Part shown: piece after piece, positions 8,646-17,706 of the stretch
Position numbering within the stretch: position 1 is the stretch's first letter
Layout of the letters: every line of letters begins with the position of its first letter
Assembly (NCBI GenBank): GCA_964585105.1
Contig: CAZPCL010000001.1
Coordinates: 1-36,745, forward strand
Length of the DNA: 36,745 bases
From: an uncultured Methylobacillus sp.
Lineage (GTDB): Bacteria > Pseudomonadota > Gammaproteobacteria > Burkholderiales > Methylophilaceae
Reading direction: 5' to 3'
Made by a program: the position numbers and the translations under genes
Notes under the pieces: model-generated
What the model was told of the DNA's origin: nothing
The model's input: only the letters and a program-made list of their open reading frames with translations
Database searches by the model: none

Positions 8646-10666
8646 TATAAAAGTCCTTGATGTCTTAGAAGAGCATCAATACTTGGTTTACGCCCTCTAA
8701 ACTTTGTAAATGATTCAATAGCAGGCCTTGATCCGCCTTTCGATAAAATTTCATTTCTAAATTTCATTCCGGCTTCTGCTGAAAGAATACCAATTTCTTC
8801 AAATAGACTGAAGGCATCAGCAGATAAAACTTCAGCCCATTTATAGCTATAATATCCAGCAGCATAACCACCAGCAAAAATATGAGAAAAACTATGTGGA
8901 AAACGATTCCAACTCGGTGGTTTCACAACAGCAACTTGCTCACGAACGTCTGTAAGTAAATCAAGAAAATTTTTTTGATTTGGATTGTAATCACTATGAA
9001 GTTTTATATCAAAGAGAGCAAATTCAACTTGCCTGGTTGTTTGCATACCAGATTGGAAATTTTTTGACTTTAGAAGTTTATTAAATAATATTTTTGGCAT
9101 TTGTTTTTTTGTCTTAACATGCTCAGTCATATTTTTAATCACTAACCATTCCCAACAAAAATTTTCCATAAATTGACTTGGTAACTCGACTGCATCCCAT
9201 TCAACACCTTGAATTCCAGAAACTCCATAATCATCAATTTCTGTGAGGAGGTGATGGAGCCCATGTCCAAACTCATGAAAAAGTGTGATGACTTCGTCGT
9301 GCGTAAGTAATGATGTATTATTATTAATTGGTTGTGAAAAATTACATGTTAAATAAGCAACAGGAAGGGATTCATCGTCTGGAAATTTAAATTTAGAAAT
9401 TGCTTCATCCATCCATGCACCTCCTCTCTTATTTTTACGTGCATAGAGGTCAAGATAAAAATAACCAATTAACTCATCAGAATTATTCTCAATTCTATAA
9501 AATTTAACATCTTGATGCCAGACTTCGGTAGCTTCTTCATTAATAAAAATCCCATAGATATTTTCAACTACCTTAAATAAACCTTCGATGACCTTGGAAG
9601 CCGGAAAATAATTTTTAATTTCTTGGTCAGAATAATCAAAGCGGGCCTCTTTTAATTTTTCAGAAAAATAAGCTATATCCCATGCTTCAATATTCTTAAT
9701 ATTAAATTTAAGTCCATATTCCTTAATATCAGCCATATCATTCTCTGCAAAATTTTTAGCTTTAGAAGCAAGATCCTCAAGAAATGTAATTACTTCATCA
9801 CTAGATTTAGCCATTTTAGTTTCTAAGGCCATTGAAGCGTAGTTTGGAAAATTTAAAAGATTAGATAATTTTTTTTTGTTTAATAAGATATTGTTAATAT
9901 TTTTAGTATTATCCGTAGCTTTGTCACTTAGGTCAGAGGCTTTAGTGGCATAGGCATAATATATTTCTTTTCTTAACTCTCTGTTATCTGCATATTGCAT
10001 CAATGGTAAATAAGATGGAAAATCTAGACTAAAAGACCACCCAGTTTTTTTTTGAATTTTTGCATCATTTCTTGCTTTTTCTATGACATCTTTAGGTATC
10101 CCCTTTAATTTTTTCTTATCTGTAATTATCAAGGAATAGTTGTTTACTGAATCCAATAAGTTTTCCTCAAAACTCGAACTTAGTTTTGAAAGCTTAGCTA
10201 AGATTTTTTTAAATTCAATTTTTTTATTATTATTAAGACCTACACCACCTAACTCAAATCCAGTAATTTCATCAGTAATAATTTTTTTTTGTGGATTTGT
10301 AAGTTTTACAAAATCTTTACTAGTTCGAATTTTTTTAAATTTTTTATAAATGATTTCATTTTGGGATAGCTCAGAATGATATTTTGTAATTTTATTAAGA
10401 TTTTTATTATAAACAACTCTTAATTTATCACTATTCATAACAGAATTTAAGTGGTTTATTTGAGACCAAACTCGACTTAATTTCTCGTTAACTTTTTGGA
10501 GTGGACTTACAAAGTTTTCCCAATTTGGTTTTAATTTACTAGACTCAATTTTTTTTACTAAACATTTATTTTCATTTAAAACTTTATTTAACGCAGAAGA
10601 TACATGCTCAACTTTAATTTGTTTGAATAAGGGCATACCATTTCTATTTAATAGTGGATTAGTAAT
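8645..10666 (-). CDS. prlC: Oligopeptidase A (M3A metallopeptidase); probable ATT start at 10666, first ATG at 10636
   Basis: HEFGHGLH zinc motif, KRGGAWMD, EWDAVELPSQFME, HIFAGGYAAGYYSYKWAE. The conserved TNPLL N-terminus lies upstream of the first ATG. Confidence 0.94.
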   Translation of the reverse strand: MTNPLLNRNGMPLFKQIKVEHVSSALNKVLNENKCLVKKIESSKLKPNWENFVSPLQKVNEKLSRVWSQINHLNSVMNSDKLRVVYNKNLNKITKYHSELSQNEIIYKKFKKIRTSKDFVKLTNPQKKIITDEITGFELGGVGLNNNKKIEFKKILAKLSKLSSSFEENLLDSVNNYSLIITDKKKLKGIPKDVIEKARNDAKIQKKTGWSFSLDFPSYLPLMQYADNRELRKEIYYAYATKASDLSDKATDNTKNINNILLNKKKLSNLLNFPNYASMALETKMAKSSDEVITFLEDLASKAKNFAENDMADIKEYGLKFNIKNIEAWDIAYFSEKLKEARFDYSDQEIKNYFPASKVIEGLFKVVENIYGIFINEEATEVWHQDVKFYRIENNSDELIGYFYLDLYARKNKRGGAWMDEAISKFKFPDDESLPVAYLTCNFSQPINNNTSLLTHDEVITLFHEFGHGLHHLLTEIDDYGVSGIQGVEWDAVELPSQFMENFCWEWLVIKNMTEHVKTKKQMPKILFNKLLKSKNFQSGMQTTRQVEFALFDIKLHSDYNPNQKNFLDLLTDVREQVAVVKPPSWNRFPHSFSHIFAGGYAAGYYSYKWAEVLSADAFSLFEEIGILSAEAGMKFRNEILSKGGSRPAIESFTKFRGRKPSIDALLRHQGLL

Positions 10667-10687
10667 AATGAATTCTCCAAAGTTTAT

Positions 10688-12415
10688 TTATTGTTGATTA
10701 ATTTTGTGAATTAAAGTTTCTATAATTTCTGATTCTTTTGTTTTTAATACTTTGCTTGATAATGAAGCTAATTTCTGTGTATTAGAGTTTAGAACTTGTT
10801 TTTTTACACTTAATATTCTAGATGGATGCATTGAAAAATGTTTTAATCCCATACCAAGTAGTAATTTAGTTAGTTTTGAATCACCAGCCATTTCACCACA
10901 AATCGAAACCTCTTTGTTGTATTTATTTCCTGCTTTGATAGTTACATTTATCAATTTTAAAATTGCTGGATGGAGCGAGTTATATAAATGCGAGACTCTA
11001 TCATCAGTTCTATCAATTGCGAGCGTATATTGGATCAGATCATTTGTTCCAATTGACAGAAAATCTAATTCTTGAGCAAATGCTTCAGCGTTGATAGCGA
11101 CTGCTGGAACTTCTATCATCCCTCCAATCTTAATATACCTATCGTAAGGAATTTTTTTATTTCTTAAGGATTTTTTTGCCCTTTCAATCAGCAATTTAGT
11201 TTGTCTAAGCTCTGATAAGGATGAAAGCATTGGAATTAAAATTTTAATTTTGCCATAATGAGATGCTCTTAATATTGCACGTAGCTGGATATTAAATAAT
11301 TGAGGTTCAGATAGGCATAACCTAATTGCTCTGAGACCTAGTGCAGGATTAGAGCTAATCGTTGTGTCAGCCGAAGTTAGTTTGTCAGCTCCAGAATCCA
11401 GAGTTCTTATTACAACAGTTTTACCACTCATAGATTTAACAACTGATTTGTATATTTCAAATTGCTCTTCTTCATTCGGTAACTCTTTTCTATTCATAAA
11501 TAAAAACTCAGTTCTAAAGAGCCCAATACCCGACGCTCCATTTTCTTTAACAGACTTAATATCGCTAGGAACTTCAATGTTTGCTAATAATTCAATATTC
11601 TCATTATTTAATGTTTTACATTTTATATTTTTAATCTTGGAAAGTTTTTTTTGTTCGATTCCCCAAAGATTTTGACGCACCAGGTACTCTTCTAAAATAT
11701 CTTTTGAAGGATTTACTATAACAATACCTTGATTCCCATCAACGATAATTTGTTCATTGTTCTTAATAAGACTTCTGGCATTTTGAAGGGCAACTATTGA
11801 AGGGATATTAAGGCTCCTGGCAAGAATCGCAGTATGAGATGTTGATCCACCCATATCTGTTAGGAATGCTACGTATTGATGTTTCTTGAACTGAAGAGCA
11901 TCTGCTGGTGATATATCATGAGCAACTAAAATTGCTGAGCTTTCATTATTGACTTGATTTACTTGTCTCGGGTGGCCGAGTAAAACCTTGAGTATTCTTT
12001 CAACAACTTGAATAACATCATTTTTTCTTTCCTTGATATATTCATCTTTAATTTTTTCAAATTTGTTAACAAATAAATCCATTTGTTTTTTTAAGGCCCA
12101 CTCTGCATTACAGCTATCTTCTTTAATAATAATTTTAGGCTTTTCTGAAAAATTTTTATCAGCCAGTATCATTAGATGAGTATCAATAAAAGCTGAAAAT
12201 TCCTCTGAGGAATCTTTTTGTAATTGTTTTTTAATTCTTAATAAATCTTTTCTTACGTCATTTATTGCTCTCGTTAATCTTTTCACTTCATTTGGAATTT
12301 CTCTATTGGTAATTTCATAGCGAACTACTTCTAGTAATGCGTTAGATATTAGATTTGCTTTTCCAATAGCAATACCATTTGAAACAGAAACTCCATGAAT
12401 ATTGAAGGAAGACAT
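10688..12415 (-). CDS. ptsI: PTS enzyme I (phosphoenolpyruvate-protein phosphotransferase)
   Basis: SHTAILARS phospho-His motif, GIGLFRTEFLF, NPALGLRAIR, SIGTNDLIQY, CGEMAG; no N-terminal GAF domain. Confidence 0.96.
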   Translation of the reverse strand: MSSFNIHGVSVSNGIAIGKANLISNALLEVVRYEITNREIPNEVKRLTRAINDVRKDLLRIKKQLQKDSSEEFSAFIDTHLMILADKNFSEKPKIIIKEDSCNAEWALKKQMDLFVNKFEKIKDEYIKERKNDVIQVVERILKVLLGHPRQVNQVNNESSAILVAHDISPADALQFKKHQYVAFLTDMGGSTSHTAILARSLNIPSIVALQNARSLIKNNEQIIVDGNQGIVIVNPSKDILEEYLVRQNLWGIEQKKLSKIKNIKCKTLNNENIELLANIEVPSDIKSVKENGASGIGLFRTEFLFMNRKELPNEEEQFEIYKSVVKSMSGKTVVIRTLDSGADKLTSADTTISSNPALGLRAIRLCLSEPQLFNIQLRAILRASHYGKIKILIPMLSSLSELRQTKLLIERAKKSLRNKKIPYDRYIKIGGMIEVPAVAINAEAFAQELDFLSIGTNDLIQYTLAIDRTDDRVSHLYNSLHPAILKLINVTIKAGNKYNKEVSICGEMAGDSKLTKLLLGMGLKHFSMHPSRILSVKKQVLNSNTQKLASLSSKVLKTKESEIIETLIHKINQQ

Positions 12416-12684
12416 TATTCACCTTCACCAAAGTAGCTTACAAATAGACTTTCTATAGATTTTATAGCTTCCTTCTCGTCTTCACCATTAGCCTCTAATA
12501 TAATAATTGTATTTTTACTTGCAGCTAACATTAATACCTCCATAATACTTTTTGCATTAACCTTATTTTTATCCTTAATTAAAAATATCTCTGATTTAAA
12601 TTCACAAGCTAATTGAGTAAGCTTGCTCGATGCTCTTGCATGAAGCCCTAATTTATTTATAATTCTTATCTTTTTTTTTATCAT
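12415..12684 (-). CDS. ptsH: Phosphocarrier protein HPr
   Basis: GLHARAS with His15; NAKSIM with Ser46; ends FGEGE. Confidence 0.96.
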   Translation of the reverse strand: MIKKKIRIINKLGLHARASSKLTQLACEFKSEIFLIKDKNKVNAKSIMEVLMLAASKNTIIILEANGEDEKEAIKSIESLFVSYFGEGE

Positions 12685-12691
12685 TCAGAAA

Positions 12692-13072
12692 TCATATCTT
12701 TTTTATATTTCTCATAGCGCAATCAATAGAATCTTTGACTATGACATTTAAATTATCTTTTCGCTCTGATATTGCTTCTATTAACATTGGGAGATTGACC
12801 CCGGTGAGAACTGCAACTTCATTTTCCTTGGTAAATTTATTTAATAGGTTACAGGGTGTTGCACCATAAATATCTGTCAGTATTAATACACCATTACCAG
12901 TATCTAAGTCTTTAATTTTTTTTGAGATAATATTGCTATAATTATCTAGATTTTTATTTGAGTTGATTGGTAAACAGTCAACTGAAGAAGGTGAGTTATC
13001 CAGTATATGAGTGGCACAATTGAGGAGAGACTTTCCAATGTTGCCATGAGTAACTAATAAAATACCAATCAT
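12692..13072 (-). CDS. PTS EIIA, mannose/fructose-type, stand-alone (regulatory PTS)
   Basis: MIGILLVTHG, GVLILTDIYGATPCN, GVNLPMLI; upstream of ptsH-ptsI. Confidence 0.92.
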   Translation of the reverse strand: MIGILLVTHGNIGKSLLNCATHILDNSPSSVDCLPINSNKNLDNYSNIISKKIKDLDTGNGVLILTDIYGATPCNLLNKFTKENEVAVLTGVNLPMLIEAISERKDNLNVIVKDSIDCAMRNIKKI

Positions 13073-13116
13073 TATTTTTTACCTATCAAATTTACATTAT
13101 ATATTTATTAAAAGTT

Positions 13117-13443
13117 TTATTCAGCTGGCTTATTCTTAATAGAGCCGTCTGATTGATGATGATCTTTATGCTTCTCTTTGTATTTAATTACTTGCCTATC
13201 AATCTTACTGATTGCCAAATCAATAGCTTTATACATATCTTCATCAATTGATTTAGCATTAATATTAAGATGTGGAAGATGAATGGTTGCATCCACAATG
13301 CTATTTAATTTCTCAACGCTAAGAATAAATTTTGCATCTATGACATCATTAAAATGGTTCTTTATCTTAATAAATTTATTTTCAATATACTCTTGGATTG
13401 CAGGTGTGATTTCTAAATGTCTACCAGTAATATTTAAATTCAT
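13117..13443 (-). CDS. hpf: Ribosome hibernation promoting factor (RaiA/HPF)
   Basis: MNLNITGRHLEITPAIQEY...DMYKAID...DRQVIKYKEK; strong GAGGTG RBS at 13448-13453; directly downstream of rpoN. Confidence 0.95.
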   Translation of the reverse strand: MNLNITGRHLEITPAIQEYIENKFIKIKNHFNDVIDAKFILSVEKLNSIVDATIHLPHLNINAKSIDEDMYKAIDLAISKIDRQVIKYKEKHKDHHQSDGSIKNKPAE

Positions 13444-13457
13444 GAAGCACCTCTTAA

Positions 13458-14798
13458 TTAAATAATTTTTCTTTGGTTAGAAGGAAGAATCTTTAAAGCA
13501 ATTCTATATTTAGTAATAGTTCTCCTTGCAACTTTAATCCCCTCTTTATTAAGAAGGGTTGATAATTTTTTATCAGAAAAGGGTTTGGTTGAATTTTCAT
13601 TCTTAATAAGTTCGCTTACCTTAAAAAGAATTGCTTTAGATGATAATTCACCCCCATCTGTATTCCTTATTTTAGAACTAAAGAAATATTTAAGTTCAAA
13701 TATACCATGAGGAGTAGATATAAATTTATTTGTTGTAACTCTTGATATAGTAGATTCATGTAAATCAAGTTCTTCTGCAATAATTTTAAGAATCAATGGC
13801 TTTAAAGATTCCTTGCCATGCTCTAGAAACTCTTGTTGTTTCCTCATAACTGCTCTTGAAACTCTAATAATCGTTATGGATCTATCTCGAAGACTTTTAA
13901 TTAGCCATTTTGCCTCTTGATATTTATCTTTAACATCCGTATCAAATTTTACTGAATCTTTTTTAAACATACTCTCATAGTCTGCGTTTATTTTAAGCTT
14001 TAAAAAATTATCTTCATTTAAGCTTACTTCCCATACATTATCTGACTTTTCAACTTTTATATCAGTTTTGATATAATCTTGAGGTTGAATTTTTTGAAAA
14101 ATTAATCCCGGTTTTGGATTTAGACTTTTTATTAATTTTATTGCGTCTTCTAGCTCTTCTTCACTACAATTTAGGTTCTTTTTAAGTATAGTATAGCTCT
14201 TGCTCCCGAGCAAATTTAAAAATTTAGTAGAAATTTCTATTGCAAGTTTAATATATTTATCATCACCCTTAATTATTTTTAGCTGTAATAGTAAACACTC
14301 TGATAAACTTCTTGCACCAATTCCTGGGGATGAAGAGTTTTGTATGTGCTTTAAAATATTTTCTAATTCTTCGATTCTAATTTTAGTTTCAAAAGGAATA
14401 TTAGCTATAATTTTTTCTAATGACTCAATTAAATATCCGTCGTCATTAATTGAGTCAATCAAAATCAGGAAGATGATTTGATCTCTATCTGAAAATGAAA
14501 AAATACTTAAATTTTCAATTAAATACTCCTTTAATGTTTGATTTTTAATTTCAGTATTAAACAATTCATAAGAATAGTCATAATTAAAGGATACTTCCTT
14601 CAGTGTATTAAAGTTTGTTTGACTAATAAGACTGTTCGCTGGGGGCTCTTCGAAGTCTAAAAATATGTTGTCACTGATATAATCTTCTATTAATTGATTT
14701 AGTTCAGATTGAGATGCTTGAAGTAGCTTAATTGATTGCTGTAAAAGAGGCGTTAGCCTTAAAGACTGAGAAAGTTTGAGGTTGAAGCTTAACTTCAT
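13458..14798 (-). CDS. rpoN: RNA polymerase sigma-54 factor (start corrected to ATG 14798)
   Basis: MKLSFNLKLSQSLRLTPLLQQSIKLLQ region I, GIGARSLSECLLLQL, LHESTISRVT HTH, FELKYFF, RpoN box ARRTITKYR. The ORF-track start overlaps lptB. Confidence 0.96.
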   Translation of the reverse strand: MKLSFNLKLSQSLRLTPLLQQSIKLLQASQSELNQLIEDYISDNIFLDFEEPPANSLISQTNFNTLKEVSFNYDYSYELFNTEIKNQTLKEYLIENLSIFSFSDRDQIIFLILIDSINDDGYLIESLEKIIANIPFETKIRIEELENILKHIQNSSSPGIGARSLSECLLLQLKIIKGDDKYIKLAIEISTKFLNLLGSKSYTILKKNLNCSEEELEDAIKLIKSLNPKPGLIFQKIQPQDYIKTDIKVEKSDNVWEVSLNEDNFLKLKINADYESMFKKDSVKFDTDVKDKYQEAKWLIKSLRDRSITIIRVSRAVMRKQQEFLEHGKESLKPLILKIIAEELDLHESTISRVTTNKFISTPHGIFELKYFFSSKIRNTDGGELSSKAILFKVSELIKNENSTKPFSDKKLSTLLNKEGIKVARRTITKYRIALKILPSNQRKII

Positions 14799-14802
14799 AT
14801 TT

Positions 14803-15525
14803 TTATAGAGTAAAGTCCTTTCCGAGGTATATGTCTTTAACATTTTGATCTATTACGATCTCTGATGGCTTTCCTGATGCAAAAATTTTCCCTTGGTTCA
14901 CAATGTATGCCCTGTCACAAATTCCCAGGGTTTCTCTAACATTATGATCAGTTATTAGAACTCCAATATCCATTAATGCTAACTGTTGAATAATTTTTTG
15001 TATATCAATAACAGCAATAGGATCAATTCCTGCAAAAGGCTCGTCTAGTAATATAAATTTTGGACTAGTTGCGAGACACCTCGCTATTTCCACTCTTCTT
15101 CTTTCCCCTCCTGAAAGACTGATGGCAGTATTATTTTTTATATGATTTATACTTAGCTCATTTAATAGAACCTCCAGCCTCTTAACATTTTCTTTTTTTG
15201 GTCTTTTATTTAATTCTAATATAGCTAATATATTTTCTGATACCGTCATTTTTCTGAAAATAGATGGTTCCTGAGGGAGGTAAGAAATTCCAAGTTTTGC
15301 TCTATTATGTATAGGCATTTTTGTTAAATCATGACTATCAATTTTAATTGTTCCATGCTCTGAAGGTATTAGACCAACAATCATATAGAATGATGTCGTT
15401 TTTCCAGCACCATTAGGACCTAACAAACCAACAACTTCTCCACTTGAAATCCTAAGTGAAATATCTTTAACTACAGAATTTTTTTTGTAAGTTTTTTTAA
15501 TGTTTTGAATAATTAATTCTGACAT
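14803..15525 (-). CDS. lptB: LPS export ABC transporter ATPase
   Basis: [57 protein letters not shown]. Confidence 0.97.
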   Translation of the reverse strand: MSELIIQNIKKTYKKNSVVKDISLRISSGEVVGLLGPNGAGKTTSFYMIVGLIPSEHGTIKIDSHDLTKMPIHNRAKLGISYLPQEPSIFRKMTVSENILAILELNKRPKKENVKRLEVLLNELSINHIKNNTAISLSGGERRRVEIARCLATSPKFILLDEPFAGIDPIAVIDIQKIIQQLALMDIGVLITDHNVRETLGICDRAYIVNQGKIFASGKPSEIVIDQNVKDIYLGKDFTL

Positions 15526-15530
15526 ACTAT

Positions 15531-16088
15531 TTAATTTTCTTTTTTTGGTTTAATGATTACCCTTGTCCGACCTTTTTTTACACTATTACCATTTTCGTCT
15601 TTAGTACTTCCAGATAATGCTTGAGCAAATTCAGCATTTGTATCGTACATTATATAGTCACCAAAAACAGTATCGTTTCCCCTTTGAACCGATGCCTTAC
15701 TATACAAATGAACCTTGTCCATATGCCCATCATATTCTATTCTTTCTGCTCGTCCTTCAATGTATTCATCAATACCATCTCTTTTCTGTTTAAAAGTTGT
15801 TGGCTTTCCAATCGCAGTACTATGTTGAAAACCCTGATTATCTTCCCTAACAGTTAGTTCACTTGCTTTAATGGTTAATGTTCCTTGAGTCATGATTACA
15901 TCACCTTTGTAGATACTAATAGACTTCGCATCGTCTACTGTCATTGTATCTGATTCAATCTCAATCGCTTTATCTCTATCAGCTTGCTCAGAGATTGCAA
16001 AAGAAGATACTAATAATAGAATTATAAAAATAAAGACTACAATAGAATTATATTTAGTTAGTTTTTTTATTTGGTCTAGGGTTATCAT
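15531..16088 (-). CDS. lptA: LPS transport periplasmic protein LptA (start uncertain, ATG 16088 chosen)
   Basis: Signal-like hydrophobic stretch, [41 protein letters not shown]; between lptC and lptB. Confidence 0.9.
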   Translation of the reverse strand: MITLDQIKKLTKYNSIVVFIFIILLLVSSFAISEQADRDKAIEIESDTMTVDDAKSISIYKGDVIMTQGTLTIKASELTVREDNQGFQHSTAIGKPTTFKQKRDGIDEYIEGRAERIEYDGHMDKVHLYSKASVQRGNDTVFGDYIMYDTNAEFAQALSGSTKDENGNSVKKGRTRVIIKPKKEN

Positions 16089-16647
16089 AATGAACCTTAA
16101 CATTACTTAGCAGTTTTACAATTCCTTCTTTATTGTCATATTTCATACCAACACCATAAATTTCTATACTGGGCTCTTGTATTATTTTTACAGGCTTCTT
16201 AGTTATAACGATATCCATATCTGGCAATATATTTAATTCATCGGTAAAAAGCTTCATTTCTCTTTTCTTATTCGTTTTAACTCTAGTTAAAATAACATTA
16301 TCTGAAAATAAATATTTTTCACCACCGCTAATCACTTTTCCTTTGTTGCTAGTTATGATGGAATAGGGTCTGCTATTTTTATATCTAGTAAAGTGTGGCT
16401 TTTTTAAGGAAGCATATTCAGCATAATTAAACTCTTTCATATTTTTAGCCTTAATAGTGAATTTAATAGCCCCATTCTTTTTGGTTTGTACGTTTTCAAA
16501 ATTCTTTAGGTAAAATTCAGGACCACTGGCGTGATTATTAGTTTTTACTAAAAGCTCTTTTTCGACTTCTAATTTTAGCCAGTAAGTAATAAAAGTGATT
16601 ATGACAATAAAGAATAATACAAAAATTGTTGAAAGTTTATTTGCCAT
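16054..16647 (-). CDS. lptC: LPS export protein LptC
   Basis: Single N-terminal TM ending TYWL, beta-jellyroll-like repeats, GVGMKYDN...LLSNVKVHY; position in the kdsD-lptCAB run. Confidence 0.88.
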   Translation of the reverse strand: MANKLSTIFVLFFIVIITFITYWLKLEVEKELLVKTNNHASGPEFYLKNFENVQTKKNGAIKFTIKAKNMKEFNYAEYASLKKPHFTRYKNSRPYSIITSNKGKVISGGEKYLFSDNVILTRVKTNKKREMKLFTDELNILPDMDIVITKKPVKIIQEPSIEIYGVGMKYDNKEGIVKLLSNVKVHYDNPRPNKKTN

Positions 16648-17622
16648 CTAGATTACTTTTGAATCAAAAAGATCATTTAAATTTAGTGTGCCAATTACTT
16701 TTTCATCTTTATCAATAATAAGAAAACAATTCACCTTAAATTTCTCCATTATATTTACTGCTTCAATAGCCATTTCAGAACCTTTGAGAGTAATAGGATT
16801 TTTAGTCATACAGTCTTCAATTAAAGAATTGATATTTTTTTTATTTAGTATTGCCCTTCTGAGATCACCGTCAGTTAGGATACCAACAAGTTTATCTTCA
16901 TTATTTACTATACTTGTAAACCCTAATTCTTTATTTGTTATCTCTTTTATTGCATCTTCAAGTGAAGATTTGACGTTGATAGAAGGGATTTTTTCCCCTA
17001 CGCGCATAACATCTTTTACTTTAATAAATGTATTTTTACCTAAACTTCCACCAGGATGAGAATTGGCAAAATCTTTAGCAGTAAATTCTCTCAGATCTAA
17101 GACACAAATTGCAAGTGCATCGCCTAAAGCCAATGAAACAGATGTACTTGCAGTGGGAGCAAGTCCCAGAGGACAAGCTTCTTTAGAAACTTCTGCACTT
17201 ATATGTATATCACTTTCATTTGCTAATTCGGAACTAGAGTTACCAGATATACCAATAATTTTAGCTCCAATTCTTTTGATGGTGGGAAAGATTGATATTA
17301 GTTCGTCACTTTTTCCCGAATTAGAAAAAAATATGACGATATCATCTTTTGTTATCATTCCTAAATCGCCATGACTGGCTTCCCCAGGGTGCATAAAAAA
17401 AGCTGGGGTCCCTGTGCTTGCAAAGGTCGAAGCAATTTTTCTTGCGATATGACCGGATTTCCCCATACCACTAAGAACTATTCTTCCTTTGCAGTTTAAA
17501 ATTTCATTAACTGCGTCACTAAAGCCACTAGAAATATTCTTACTTGCCATTAAAATTTCTTGAGATTCAATATCGAGAACTTTTTGCGCAAGCCTTATAA
17601 TTTGATTAGAGTTTTTATCCAT
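16648..17622 (-). CDS. kdsD: Arabinose-5-phosphate isomerase (KpsF/GutQ family, SIS plus CBS pair)
   Basis: GMGKSGHIARKIASTFASTGTPAFFMHPGEASHGDLG, EACPLGLAPTAST, HPGGSLG, TDGDLRR. Confidence 0.96.
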   Translation of the reverse strand: MDKNSNQIIRLAQKVLDIESQEILMASKNISSGFSDAVNEILNCKGRIVLSGMGKSGHIARKIASTFASTGTPAFFMHPGEASHGDLGMITKDDIVIFFSNSGKSDELISIFPTIKRIGAKIIGISGNSSSELANESDIHISAEVSKEACPLGLAPTASTSVSLALGDALAICVLDLREFTAKDFANSHPGGSLGKNTFIKVKDVMRVGEKIPSINVKSSLEDAIKEITNKELGFTSIVNNEDKLVGILTDGDLRRAILNKKNINSLIEDCMTKNPITLKGSEMAIEAVNIMEKFKVNCFLIIDKDEKVIGTLNLNDLFDSKVI

Positions 17623-17706
17623 TAGCCTTCTTCAAATGTATTTATATTATAAGTATAAAAGGGTTTGATAGTAGAATAAAGTTATATATGAAAATGCCTA
17701 TAATTT

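Noticed and set aside
14799-14843. N-terminal extension of rpoN given by the ORF track
   Set aside because: It overlaps lptB, and the conserved N-terminus begins at ATG 14798.
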